DNA from: Fimbriosthenelais zetlandica
Lineage: Eukaryota
Assembly: GCA_977030845.1 (NCBI GenBank)
Contig: OZ365116.1
Span: 18,848,001 to 18,912,000 of the forward strand
Direction: 5' to 3'
Length of the DNA: 64,000 nt
Shown here piece by piece: positions 25,420 to 39,500 of this stretch. The stretch's first letter is position 1. Each line of letters begins with the position of its first letter. Below the pieces are notes generated by a model. That model saw only the letters and a program-made list of their open reading frames with translations. It did not search any database and had not been told where the DNA came from. The position numbers were made by a program, and so were the translations under genes.

Positions 25420-26112
25420 TCACATAGGTGATGTAGCTATAGGCCGAGCAGGAAGTTCAGTAGTCACATGGGAAACTCCAGGTGTCGACTGTGTATCAGC
25501 AGGACTGGCTGGAGAAGAAAAAGCAACTTTATATATAGGCCTACATGTACATAATCAGAAGTGAGACTAAGTCAAAGACAGGTTTAATCATTCTGAGACA
25601 GCATAAATTGACAGATTATTTTGAAAGTTGATTGATTAACTTTTCACTTACCTTGGTATTGGATAATTAGAATGATAACAGTTGTTATTAAGACTATAAG
25701 GCCAGCAGAGATAGCCAGCCATGTGGCAGCTCTGTGGGATTTAGATGGTGACTCCGTCTTCCGGGATGATGAGGACCCGTAACGTTCATACTTGTTAGAA
25801 CTTGATGAACTGCCCTCAAATGATGCTGCTTTATTAACCACTGCCTTGGCGGTCGTCTTCACTTTATTTCCTAATTCTATTGTGGATAGATTAAGAAAGC
25901 GCCCCTGAAATACCAAAAAAAGACAACCAAATCAAATCTGCACAATCAAATATAACATAAAGAGGACTAAATCGACATTTTATGTGACTTTTTTTCTGGA
26001 CAATCAAGTTCTTTTTTGACTATATATGAATAAATAAAACCATGTGGATATAACTGTGAGTGATCAGAAAAAATGTATTTACCTCCAAACCTCTTCCAAT
26101 TTTTGTCGCCAT
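25420..26112 (-). CDS. Small orphan single-pass membrane protein, 123 aa, 3 exons
   Basis: Exons 26112-26083 (MATKIGRGLE), 25904-25652 and 25508-25420; donors GAG|GTAAAT and AAG|GTAAGT, pyrimidine-rich CAG acceptors, phases consistent (372 nt). Ser-rich N-terminus, TM AATWLAISAGLIVLITTVIILII, short Ser/Thr/Pro-rich C-terminus. Confidence 0.75.
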
Positions 26113-29100
26113 CGTTGAAAATTCAATACGAGAATTCGACAAACTGTATAGGAGTCCAAAATCAGCGCGGTTGTAATGTTTAAGGCAATTCCTTGTGAGA
26201 CACGACCTCCGACATCTCAGCTGCCAATCTCACAGCTCAGCCCTCAACAAAAATATTAAATTTCGAGGAAATTGATTAAGATATCCAAGTCCTGATGCGG
26301 CTACAGGAGACTTCTCAAATCAGTATTTAATAGCTGAACACCTCCGGGCTTGTTCAGTCTCCGTCTCTTTCCTATTGAGATTTTGTGTGTTGTAAAAGTT
26401 GGCAGCCCCAGGTGGCTCCGGCTGAATAAGCAAACCTGGCAGCTAATGGTCTTAGGACTGTTTGCTAATCAGATTATAGTGATTGAACTCTGTCCCAGGC
26501 GAATCTAGAAACCACACTCGAAAATGGAGAAATCTCACCGCATGGTGAATATAAACTATAATATTTACCGTCAGACAAATAAAATATAATCTAATAACTA
26601 ACAAATAATCTTAAAAATCATTTGTAATTTCTTATAAGCAACCTGTAACGCCGCTTTACCATTAAAAGGTTATATATACCAGAACAGATTATTTCATGTG
26701 CGTGCATGCTTGGATTATTCCATGCACTGAAAATGTACCTACATCATAGTACTAAATATTTTGCAGTGTACTAGCCTATATTTTGGCAACCAAGCATAAA
26801 ATTCTATGGCTGTATTGCACAACAATGCTTTAGCCTAAAGTTCTACAATGGCCTGTATATAAATAGGCCTGCTTAATACAAGCCTCTGTATTAAGCTCCT
26901 CCAACAATATGTAATATCATAGAAATAGAAATATATGTTCTTATATAAACGAATAATCGTCGATTATCATAATGGAATATTGCTTTGATTGTGGCCGATG
27001 AATATAACTTCCACATAATGACATAAAGGCATTTCAAGCTCTGATTTCATTGGGGTTTACTAACGTCGTAGCAACAGCCAGATGTATGTATTGACTTGAA
27101 AGAAATTAAATGTGTATAACTGCCGTCAATATAAAGCATGTCCTAGCCCACCGACATTTATATTCTATGTTGAGAAGTAATGACGGGATTTCCCCGTGTT
27201 GTCATCAACACACCACAATGTCATACCAGCTGTATGAAGTCTTTACTCCACCAGCTGAACATCTAGTCATACAAATCTCCTACCACAAATTCAATACCTA
27301 TAATGTCTCTATTAAATTCACACAATCATTTGATTGCCTCGGAGACTCATATAAATATGGATAATATTAGTATGTGGGCGTGCTTATCATTTATCATTTC
27401 ATTTCCCATTGTCATATGGAGGGTAGAGAGATTGCATAGAGGGTAGAGAGATAGAGATTCTAGAGATTACACATAATGTATGTACAGGCAGATGTCATCA
27501 CATCATAAGCCAGTGAAATTAAATTCTTACTACTCAAATCTTAATACTTAAATCACAAAATGTGAACTTTATAGAACTGCTTTAGGCTAGGCAATCATGA
27601 GATGAACATTAGATTTGTATTTCCTATCCGTCTCGACGGGTACACTTGAAACATTGTTATAGTCTCAGAGATAGAAAGAGAGAGGTGGAGAGAGACTGTC
27701 TGATACTCCAGCTAGATAACTATCCCAGAACTAATTATATCATCTTCATCAAAGAGATCGTAAAATAAGCCTAATTTGTGAGACGCTCGTCTCAAAGAGA
27801 ATGCTCGGGAGATATTGCACTTTTGAGACAGTGCGTTGCTATGGAAGTCCGTGTAAGTAGTATAGGGAAAAGCACCATTCACCCAGGGTCCCTCTAATCA
27901 TAGCCTGCATTTTGATACTGTGCAATATTCATTGTGAAATTTGAGGAGACATATACAAATATATATATATTATATGTCATTTTGGTCATTTAGGTGACAG
28001 GCAGTGTTTAATTTGAATCTGCCTTAAATGAAGTCAATGGGAGGATCGTGTGTTGGGTATGGATCTCCCGCGTTCTACCTGTTGGGAGATTAAAACCCCC
28101 GCGTTAGGTATTAATTGACGTGGGTAAAGATAGTATCAATCTTAAACATGGCGGCATCTCCAAAAGGAATGCCTTATTGGCGTGCGTTCAACCGCAGCTA
28201 TTCTGGGAAGCAATTCCATTATGGCCAGCTATCTTTATTGGTTCATTGTTTTATAAATCCACAACAGATGGGACACAGATCTCTCCGCTTGGGATAAAAA
28301 GTCTGGGCAGGACAGTATTATATTGCGAAGTAAATCTATATTACATTGATAGGTCGAATTCAGATCCAATGTCTTGAATTTAATTATGATTCTAGTGAAT
28401 CATTGTTTTAATACAAGCAGGACAAAATGGTGACTTAAAGCACCGACAATAAAGTGTTTTGTCCTAACTCGTTTACGACCCTGTACCCAGGGAATTCCCC
28501 TATTAATCACATAAGGCAAGTAATTCCCCCAATGATTCTCACTGAATGATGTCCCTCACCACATCCATGTAGCAATGACTGTGTGGCTAATACCATGATA
28601 CCATCTCCCTGCTTCTCGCCCCCTCTAGGCCTCCATTCAAACCACACACAGGCCTCGGGATCCATATTCAAAAAGCTGACAAAAAGAGGGAGTGAGGGGT
28701 TAGAGACGGGTACACTAGGCAGGTAGTGATCCCTGCTTATTTGTCATTGTCAGGCCGCCTCTAGGCAGTATTCTATCAGTGTCAATAAACGACAGGCTCT
28801 ACCCTTCCCTCTTCTACTTCAGCTGAGGGCGACCTCTCGAAATTTATAGATTTTTGCGCAGCTAAATGTTTGCGTGTTAAGAAAATATATATTCTAGCTA
28901 CTGTAAAAATATATATTAATAATATCATTAAATATTTCAAAATAGAATTTCACTTATATGAATCACTAAAATATTTTTAAGGGGCAAATGTATAAAGTTA
29001 TGGTTATGGATGCCGGCTACGTATGAGGGTAGATTAACTGTTTAATCGTACATGACAAAGGATCTCCTTCACCAGCAATTAAAGTCATGTTGATCTGATT

Positions 29101-30590
29101 ATCATTATGGTCGTCAATACATAATCTAACAAACATAGTCACAATAAACATGTACACATATTGTCCATCGTTGCAATAAATTAGTCTGGCTTTCCACAGC
29201 CTAAGTAATTAACATAGATTTACTATGAGATTAATGATCTTGTTTCTATAAACCTCCAGGTATTAAAACATGTAAGCATTGTGCTACTAATTCCACCACA
29301 CGTAACTTCTCAATTCAAGCTCCTTGTATATTGAATTGTTTGCCCTCTTAAAGCGGCTAAGTCTAAGACTGCAGCCATACTGGGTGATACATGTTTATCG
29401 CGAAATAAAACGCTCTAAACCCGATTGGTAAACAATGTGTCTATCGCATTAGTGCGACTACCACTTAAGAAGACTAATATTGATGCATTTTATACAAGAG
29501 GTACACGAAATTAATCCTAAAACATGTATAGAACTGACACAAATTGAGAAAACTAATTTGGATGTATTCCAATAATTAATAGTAATTAGTAAGCTATAGG
29601 CGTTCTCCGATGACCATTATTCGAAATATAATTATTGCCATTATAGGTTCAAGCAGCGTGGACAGCGTCTATATATAGAATGAGACTATGTTTAGCTACA
29701 TGGTTACACCCAAACATCACATATTGACCCTAGTCAAGGTCTTAGAGGATGTGGCCAGCCTCTCGTTAATAAGATTACCAGCCTTCTGTGACTGCTAGGT
29801 TTTTGGGGCAAAAAAGACCACCTTTAACCAAATCAGGAGAGACGTAATTAAATAGAGTATCATGAGCAAAGTCATGTACCTGGAATAAGTATACTGAATA
29901 TTGAATAAATAAAAGAATACATTAAATTCACTTTCCCAATTCTAGGACACATTTTAGCAAGTCAATAATTAAAGTGTCTGAGGCATTGTTCTGTCATTTT
30001 TTACATGGTAGTGACCCCTCTACCGTTCCTCCACCCTCCTCAAGCCACGAGGGTCACTCATCCTAGGTCTCTAGGTACTCACGACCATCAAATAACTATC
30101 TAAACACTGATTCCAGGCAACCCCTCAAAATTAGTGCTGCTCTCTATGTCCTTTATACAGTGGCTTCTCCTCGCAGCCCTGGCGACAACAGCCTTCCCAA
30201 ACACCTCCCACGCTCTTTCCACCACCAAGTTATATTTAGAAGCAAACTGCTCGGCATTGGACTAAAAATAGCCCGGTTGGACGGGCGAGCGACTCGATGG
30301 AGTAATAAAAAATGTTATTGCGCCGTTGAAGAAGAAGTCATGGTAGCAGGTCTCAGTGGTTGGAAACTGTGGCGGAGGGAAGGATAGGACGCGTGCTTTA
30401 GGAAAGGGAAGGGAATGGTATCCGATATGTGGGGGGTGCGGGATATACTGGTGCCATATGTTTATATACAATTACCACCTTAAAATATCTATACCGCCTT
30501 AAAATATGTATATTTAATAAGTACATGCAAAGAGTATAATGAGGAATATGTAGATTGCACGTAGATCTATAATTCAGCACGTTGACCAGT

Positions 30591-30740
30591 GAGGGGGTGG
30601 GGCAGAGTGGCGGGATGGGGTCGGGGTGGAGGGATGGGGGGTCGGGGTGGAGGGATTGGGGGGTCGGGGTGGAGGGATTGGGGGGTCGGGGTGGAGGGAT
30701 TGGGGGGTCGGGGTGGAGGGATGGGGGGGGGGGGGGGGGT
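30591..30740 (+). repeat. G-rich minisatellite, 5 copies of a 21-22 bp unit (TCGGGGTGGAGGGATTGGGGGG) ending in a G17 run
   Basis: Units start at 30621, 30642, 30664, 30686 and 30708; G run at 30723-30739. Confidence 0.92.
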
Positions 30741-31084
30741 CTTGGTGGGTTCCATGTAGTAAAGCACGTGAATACACCTGTATAAGGGGGTGTGACTATA
30801 GGTGACGTGAAGCTTGGTATCAGTTCACGTGTACCTCGGCTACACCACTGACCTTCTACATATTATACCCTGACATTACAAAAACCAGGAATCACATGTA
30901 TACATGCTTTATACGACATTTCTCACACGATTCACAGTTAGTCATGTCATCCATGTCACATACTCCATATTACATACATATAAAAGTAGGAGGATAACGC
31001 ATAATTATGTTTTAAATATTAAATGTTTTAAAAATGTCATTCCTTTGCATTACAATCGCTCATCTGAGAAGACTGATTTTTCCT

Positions 31085-31200
31085 CAAGAGTTATGCGCCC
31101 ACGCATTGACAGCCGCCCACCGTGCGGGGGTAGAGGACGGCACACATGCGGCTAGAGACGCTATGTGACGTCACAAGGAAGGGTGTTGCGTCGCCCAGAG
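31085..31200. promoter_or_regulatory. CpG-rich island with a full CRE
   Basis: Local CpG/GC enrichment against an AT-rich background; TGACGTCA at 31166-31173. Confidence 0.45.
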
Positions 31201-33139
31201 TATAGTGTATTTGTGAGGACATATTCCTTTCTCCCGCACCCTCCTTCCTCGCCGCATTCCTCCATCCCCCTGTCTTTTCTGATTCGGAAAAGCCTTCGTC
31301 AGCAAATAACATACTTTCCCCCCACAATCATAATCATTAGGTTCTTGCCAAAGCCTTTTAGTTGGGAGATAAACTGTGGTAGAATGTGCAGATTCAGCAG
31401 TTTATCCCCACAGAACCCCTCCCCCGACCAAGACGAGGCAACCCAGAGAGCGACCACGATCCTTACAATGTCTCATAAACAGAGGGATCCCCCCCCCGCC
31501 CACCCACCCACACCCCCACATACACCCACACCCCGCAACCCGACATATCCCTCCATCATACCCTTCTCTCTTTCCTTTCTAAAAACAACAGCAGGGAATG
31601 AGGCAAGGAACCGCCTGCCACCCCGTGGGCGAGGGTATCGATTAGTTTACGATTCATGCTAACTATGCACTTTCCCGACTTCAAAGGAAGTTGGGGAAAC
31701 GTGGGCTTGAATGTAAAAGAGAGAAGAGGAAGACAGGAGAAATGAAAGAGAAGCAATGATTCAGCCTGATGTTTGGTAAAAAAAAAAAATACCAGCCTAT
31801 GTTTCTTCATATTGTCACTGGACATTGTCATAGTTTTTGGACATGAAGGAGGGCTGGGACAGTTATGAACTTAATGGTATATAATATATTCACGGCAGTG
31901 GACAAAATTATAGTCATAACAATTTCCAGATAAAATAATGTAAATTGCGTCTAATTTAATCAGGGGAATGGACAGATTTGAATGAGCTAAATGTAAATAG
32001 CTTGTTTTAACGATGTTTTAACCCCAGGACTGAACCTGGGGGCAAACTTAATGAGGGGAGGAGACAGTTGCGGTGGTCCAGCTTGGATGTCTAGGATGAG
32101 CATCATGTCCTGTTCTCCACAGACAAAAACTGATCACTGTCATCTAAAAGTGTACCGACATAAATAGTATCATTTAAAAATAGCTCGATTGGCAGAAATT
32201 CCTGTTAGCCATCCTGTTAACAGATTGATTGGGCTCTCTAAAAGACGATTGCTCATTTTTATCCATAAACTGGAAAAAAAGATTAAGATAGATGCACACA
32301 ATCTGAAGAATCTTTGCCACGCATGTGATTCCTGAGTGAGATAATTGAGGAAGCTATATCCCCCTGTGTAGAGACCACCTACTCAGGTTTCCCGTCCACG
32401 TGTGTATAGGTGCGGGGGTTTTAATTAACATCTCACCACTCTACTAAATGCCACAGTGGGAGGTGCGGACAAACCCACTTCCGGAAATATAACCGATCTG
32501 GAGAAAGGACAATAAGGTTTGTTTGGCTTCCAAGTAATCAGTTTCCGATATTGGTAGCGTGAATATCAACTTCTCATCAATTGACGTCAAAGAAAAGCTG
32601 TCATAGCCACAGATGGTACAATAACAAATTCAATCTGAAAATAATCATCCCTATGGTCTTGGGTCACCCTTGGGGTAAAAAGGATGAAAAAACTAATTTC
32701 AAGTTGTACAGAAAAATGGTGATTTTACACGGGGTTCATAAACCTAGTAGTATAGAGAAAGGACACCGATTCACAGGTAACTCACTGACCGAGGTAGCTT
32801 GATGTCTATATCTGGAGGAGTTACATCTACCTGTATTGTCTGAGGTATGAATAGATATTTATATATAAGATACCTCAGAATAGTTAGTAATTGATATGGT
32901 TGCCAAATGCTTGCTAATGGAATGAATGCATTAATGGTACGTGACCAGTAAAGTGAAACGCTTTGTAACATATTGTAATATGGAACAAGCCTAAAGCATC
33001 TCTATTTGATTAAAGTCAATGGAAACATAGTATCCATGGATAGGAAATAAAACTATGATAAAAGTCTCCACAAACTTATTGACCACCAAACCCGAATATT
33101 TTTATTTTTTGAGTTTTTACCTGACCTGCTATGTTGTTT

Positions 33140-33530
33140 ACGGGAAGTGAGGGTGGGCAGCCAATAGGGGTAGAGGGGACAGGGAGGGTGGGGGGGGGGG
33201 GGGGTGAAGGGGGTGAGTCTTTGTTTACATCCCCAGTCATCCCTCCACTCCACACATCTCGTAATACGAAATTCCTCTACGTCACATCGCCTCCAGGCGT
33301 TGCCATGGCAACGGTTTCGACGTCACAGAACCAAACGGAAGTTGCCATACCAAATATGGATGTAAGAGACGTTGGGGGTGCCACTCATTTGCATACTACA
33401 CAGCATTCAGCCAATGAATGGCGAGCATTAGCGTCTCTTTCATGGCACAGGCTCTGTACCCTACTCATTCATGTGGACCGGCTCAATGGGACAAAATGTG
33501 GGGGTCCTTGACGTCATATTGACGTCACTA
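33140..33530. promoter_or_regulatory. Promoter/enhancer module: RFX X-box, CREs, CCAAT boxes, ETS site
   Basis: CGTTGCCATGGCAACG at 33298-33313 (perfect palindrome), GACGTCA 33319-33325, CGGAAGT 33336-33342, CCAAT at 33161 and 33411, and two TGACGTCA at 33509-33516 and 33520-33527. Confidence 0.7.
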
Positions 33531-36500
33531 ACGGCGAAAATCAATGAAGTTACAACGGTATGGAACTGTACAGCCATGATGGCAGCACTACAACGGCAAT
33601 CCCCTCCAGCTCATTAACATATTGTTACTATTTTTAGCCTCCGAGCAGCCCGCGCGTCCCGGCATTCCCCGTCTTCACGCTCGCTTTACCCATTAATATA
33701 AATAATTTATGCAATGCTGTCTATGACGCAAGCAACATGAAGATTTCTAGTTGTGTAGCAAAAGGTTCCAGACCCAGCCTCCCATAGAACCCCCATGCAC
33801 CCTCCCCCCAACAATCAACCATCCTACATTGAGGCTTCCAAAGGAAGGTACTGCCGCCGCCTGGACTATTCCATGCCGCAGAGCCATTGAACGCGGGAGC
33901 AGCTCAAATTTGACGATGTAAACATAGCATACGGAGTTGATTTAAACACTGAAAATCTCAACTAAACTCACTCAAACATAGAGGAGAGTGTGAAAACAGA
34001 GGTCAGACTCTAATTCAGTGACTGTCATAAGGATTGTGCCTGGTTTGAGAGATTTTACCACTGCCCACATAATAATCAGGGTCGGTGGCAGGGCTCGGTG
34101 GTGGCATTCCCATTCCGAGCACCCAAGTACAGCACTACATGTGCTCAGCTGCATCGAGCAGTAAAGCGAGCATCTCCCGAGCAGCTGGTGGTCTATGATT
34201 ACTGGCGGTGTATAGGGCGTCAGCACCAGCTCAAACTCCTCAAACTGTCCACACACAATCACATCATTTACCAACATATTGCACCCCAGGAAGTTATCCC
34301 AACCAAGGTAAGTTAGCATTTTATCCTTATACACGTGCCGTATGGGGAGATGTTGTGTAAGGGCTGTTATTGGGGTGTGCTGGGGGTGCTCCCCAATGCC
34401 GGGGACCATATGGTAGGGCTTGCCATGTCAGATTGTCTTATTATAACCCACCTTGTCTCTTTTCTGGGGAGATAATACATCCTGATGACCTGTACATTAC
34501 GCCTTGGTCAGCCAATTGGTCATTTGCCACATGTATGACCACTACTCTGGTCGGAAAGGGCAAGCTGTCATCAGCCATATGGCAGCATAGTGTTGGCATC
34601 CAAGAACAACCTAGTCGTGCCTAGGGCCTTAGAGTGTTTTCAAGGGCAAAATATATGACCACTAAACAAGATTTACCAAAACATATGCCATCGCTGGTCA
34701 TTTAATAATCTTGAATATAAAATCTGCATTGGTCAGAAAGAGGTGGGTTGACATGAATGCTGGTTGCACACGGTCATTTTGGTGATGGTTGGTGTATAAT
34801 TTATCAATCGATTGTATGGAGACTTGGACCATATGTTGAAGGGAAGACTTTACCCATTCACCCTCACAAGTAGGGAGGGAATCCCTTGGTATCCACATCT
34901 CATTATTCAAAACACCAGCTTTTGGGAACCTTCTGGACCCACGTGGGTCGCCCCGGCATATGTGTTGACCACAGGTACTCAAACCCAAACTCAAAGATGA
35001 ATCTCATCTGTCCAATATATTTCTCATATGCCCAGGGAATGCTGGAGAACATTTGCTCCAAAGGAACATATTGTAGAGAATTGTATGAAAGAACTAATGT
35101 TTTTCACATGATGCTTTAGCCTAGACTGACAGATGTACTTTAAATTATTGAAAAATATTAAAACTGGTAAGGCAATGAGAACCATAAGTGTACCACATTT
35201 TAAAATATAGATCTTAATTTAATCTTTGTATTCAACCGGCATGAAAATCCTGCATATGCAGCTGCACAGATCCATATGTAGCTGCATGAATTTGCATGAG
35301 ATACAGCGACCCGCCCACTCCTTACTCCCCCACATGTACACAGATACCATGAGTGAGGTATCAGTGCATGTAGGCATGGTTTCACCTTGATGCCTCAGCT
35401 GACCTACTTCTTTCTGACCTATGACCACCATTTTAATGAACCCTGATGGCGATTTTACAGATAGATTTCAATTTACAGAATAAATCATGTGTCCTATACA
35501 AAAGCAATAATACAAACCCAACCTGTATGCAATCATCAATCAATATTGCATCCCAAACATATTGATGTGAACCGGCTAAAATTTATTTTGGCCTTTTCCC
35601 ATGAATTTCAAAATTGAATTCAATTAAATGTTTGACAGTGGTTCTAGGTTGTGTAGGAGTATGAAATGTGTAAATGTTGGGAGGCTGCTGGCAATGATAA
35701 GGGCAGGGAGAAGCAGTCTGGTAGGGGCTTTACATATTGCGCAGTAACACCTGGGGAAGGCTGGATGGGGTAGGAGTGAAGCTTAAGCCCTCGTCCAGGC
35801 CATGATGGCTTGGCGTGCTTCTACTGCTTATTGGGGCAGATGTTCAGCCATTGCTTCCCCCTCCATACATCTGCCTCCCAGGCTGCATCTGCTCTAGGTG
35901 TACTTCCCTTGATCTTCCCTATGGTGCATAAATAAACGCAAGAGTGTTGGGCTTGTTTTGTGCGAATAAAATATGCACAGCCCGTGGGAACGAGCAATTA
36001 AAACCACTCAAGGTGGGAAGATAGGTTCATTAAAACTTGGATAAAAGAGGCATTCGTCAGTACAGGTATCAACATTTTATCTAAGGGCACTGCAATTTAT
36101 TAATAAAGTTTGTAAAGAAATGTTATCGCAACTTTGAGAATACCTCATTGTAGATTCTTATTGAGACATGTGCATGAGGGGAATAGAATTGTACAATGCC
36201 GAAACTGTAATATTCAGGCAGATAACTACAATCTTTGTCTGAAACATCCTTCTCTGAATTTCACATCAAGTTGCCCACATCCTGCAAACACGCGCATTGA
36301 TGATACTGATATCTGGGCCTCCATCTCCTAGCCCTCCTCCCATCTCCCTCATAGCGGTTTTTCCCCGTTCAATCACATCTTTGCATGCCTTCATTACCTT
36401 CCAGTACTTTCTCCTCCAAGAATCAGTTTGCTTGATCAGTCATCTCCACCTCCTCGCCTGCTTGATTTTGATGGAGCAGCGCCGTGAGAGAGATATTGCA

Positions 36501-39500
36501 TCAAGTATGTATGCTGCATAGAGTGGATGAATGAAATGCTGAGGCTATGAGGCAATAACACCGTGTATCTACACCCATATTACTGTAGGTTATCAGGATG
36601 GCCAGCAGCAGCTTGATGGCCTACCATCACCAGATTGCCTCCTACACTCCAACCCTCATCATATTCCACCATTTTATATTCTTTATTTGGATATTTGTAT
36701 CATATCTCTAAACCAATCTCTCATGCTCAAAGTATGAGAAATTGTAGGCGAGCGAAGCAACTTTCAACAGGTGCCCGGTTACAGTGTATACGCCCATCTC
36801 CCATTCAAATATTATTATATGAACAAAATATGAGGAAAGCAACTAAACGACCTATTATATTGCCGTTGTGTGTATCAGGAAGAAAGATGTACACTTATTG
36901 GCAATTTCAAAGGAGGAGGCATATATGAGAACGCTCATAAAAAGGTATTTTCTACAATGATGAGTGCGGTCAGCCAGGCAATAACTCTAGACAGCAGAAA
37001 CATGCACCATGCATGGATTTATTATTGAATTTTCTGCAATCACTTTCATCCAGTTTTTCTGGGAATAATGGGCAGAATATGCCTATAAGTATGCATGAAT
37101 TTTGCATGTATTAATATGGGAATCAAGCTAGAGGCATACATCAGAATGACAAGGGCACATTCAATGTACCGCTTCATTCTCCGTCCATTCTTGCTCCATG
37201 ATGATAACAAAGGAGCAGGTCGCGTGCATGGATTTTATTTAATATCCCAAACAAGCCAAACAAAGAGGGGAAGAGGAAGCATTAATTGAACGGTGCTCTG
37301 TGTTGCTGGTAAAGAAAATCGGTCCCTCTTTGTAGCGTTAACACAATGGTCTGGGTCAGAGCATCACCAGTGGGGGAGATAGGGTTAACGATATCCTGTA
37401 GCTGGAGGCCACCTGAAACCAGCTCCCGATAATATGACATGGAGGAAATCATTAGATAGGCCTACCTATAATGATGGTTCCATATGCCTCATATAACTAT
37501 ATACTTCATCTATATCAACCCATACTAGACAAACAATTAGTCCAATATTTATATAAAACAGGTAGTATTTCACAGTGAATAGAATAGAAACTTCAAACTA
37601 TATGAAGTTTATGGTTATGAATTATCTCTATGATTGTGGTGTCTATATGGTTAATGGTATACATGTACAATATATTGTCAGCAAATATTCCTGTTTTATC
37701 ACTAATTCACTGTCTAGTATGTGCATGTCCAAATTGCTAGAATTGCTTGAAACGAAGACCAATATTTCAGTGGTTTCGGGCAATAGGGACATGACCCAAG
37801 TCAATAGGAAGTAGTGACCCCGCCAAGGTGTGAGCACGTGCGGGCAGGATACATATTTTACAGGCAAGCCGGGGGTAAATGACCGGCGACCTTTGAAGGT
37901 ATTTAATAAGGTAGCGAGAGAGAAGAGACTTCATAATGCCAGAGAAGGTCAAACCGATTCTACCCAAGTGTAGTTGTATATCAGTGACCAATGGTAGGCC
38001 TATATACTGGACCAAAGATCATATTTCTTACCTTAATCAGAGGAATGGATAGTACCATGGCTTTGATGACAAAATTACATGTCTATGTTACATATAATAG
38101 AATGCCTTGAAACAAAGCATCATGTTCATACAACCCTTCGGCAGTAAAATAAATATTTTGGCATATATCTTCTCCTTGCCATTGTCTTCCTTCCTGATGC
38201 ATCAATTTGTTTCTAATTTTATCAATTACCCCGAATGGCCCTTCCATTTTAATTAACTTGTTAGCTGTAATACCCATGGAATTAAGCAGTGCATCTTTAT
38301 GACAATAGATAAAATTCTCTCATTAGATATGTACAATGGTAATGCAGTTTAGAGGCAGGTCGTGGAAGGGGAATCCCCTATATAGTCAGAACCAAGGATT
38401 TGTCGTATAAGATCTATTATACAAGGTGTAATTTTAGCCTGAGAGACTTGGGAGGAGGGAGGGGTTGGTGGATGGCTATAGGTCATGGTGCGGTGGGAGG
38501 AGGACAGAGTAACAGATTAATGCCTTGGTAATAATTAAATCCCAGGCTATTACTGCACCCATCAAGCATGCTAAGTGAGTTAGGATGACCGAGTGCTTCT
38601 ATTATTGGTTTTGATGGAACAATACCAAATACAGGCAACCCCTTCATGTCCAATGGACTCGGGGGATATAGACCAAAATACCTGTACATGCAGTTTGTGG
38701 TAACTAGTTCAGTGCTAAAAACCCAGACCCATTTTAAGTTTCTCTTCAATTGTAATATGTGGAATTACCATTGTACATGCACTGAAAGCTATTAGAGCAC
38801 ATTAGGGGGTAGTATTAAAAGAATGTGGTACATTGTGCTAAATCTATAGGCTACAACTTGTAGCACATTATCTACTGAGGTGGTCCCCATCCCATGTCTT
38901 TAAAATATTTGAAAAACTTCACCTGAAATTATTCAATCCAGTCCTGTAGCCCCGGGCCTGTAGCTACCATATGTATGGCATGCGTAACATACATCAGCTG
39001 AGGTCAGCTGGTTTACTTAACCGTAGGTAATTCATAGAGTAGTGTCATATTGGGGTTGCAAACCCAAAATAACTACATATGGGTGACACAATTCCATGCA
39101 CCGTTACAAAACAATGTCAAACAACTATTATTTAAATGTTTGTAATATGGAGAGTATCAATTATTATAAGGATGGAAGCAGTAACGGTAATTTACCTATT
39201 AGGTTTATAATTATAATTGTGTGAATTATATAAGTGGCTATCCCAGTTCAATGACCTATCCCATTCCACTAACAGCTGACCTAGTCAGGCTGCATGGTCG
39301 GGCTCACGTAGTACCTATATACCCAGTATATCTGTCAACATTGGTAGGGGATGGTAGTACTATTAATATCCACGAGATGGCCACGATGTTCTCATCGTGA
39401 CTACCTCCCATCCTAGTCTCTTACTCCATCTAAACACTCGCTGTCTTCTTGCGTCACACTTGGTGAGCACCTTTCGTCACGACGCCCTTTTTCAGAAATC

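Noticed and set aside
30621-30740. CRISPR-like array
   Set aside because: Head-to-tail repeats without unique spacers, in eukaryotic DNA with no cas genes.
30567-30785. Pro-rich and Gly-rich ORFs
   Set aside because: Translation artefacts of the G-rich minisatellite.
31165-31662. 165-aa plus-strand ORF
   Set aside because: Crosses a GC/C-rich regulatory tract where stops are scarce; low-complexity product.
35740-35800. GLSFTPTP motif on the minus strand, reminiscent of Penelope-like elements
   Set aside because: Only eight residues, with no RT or endonuclease sequence traceable nearby.
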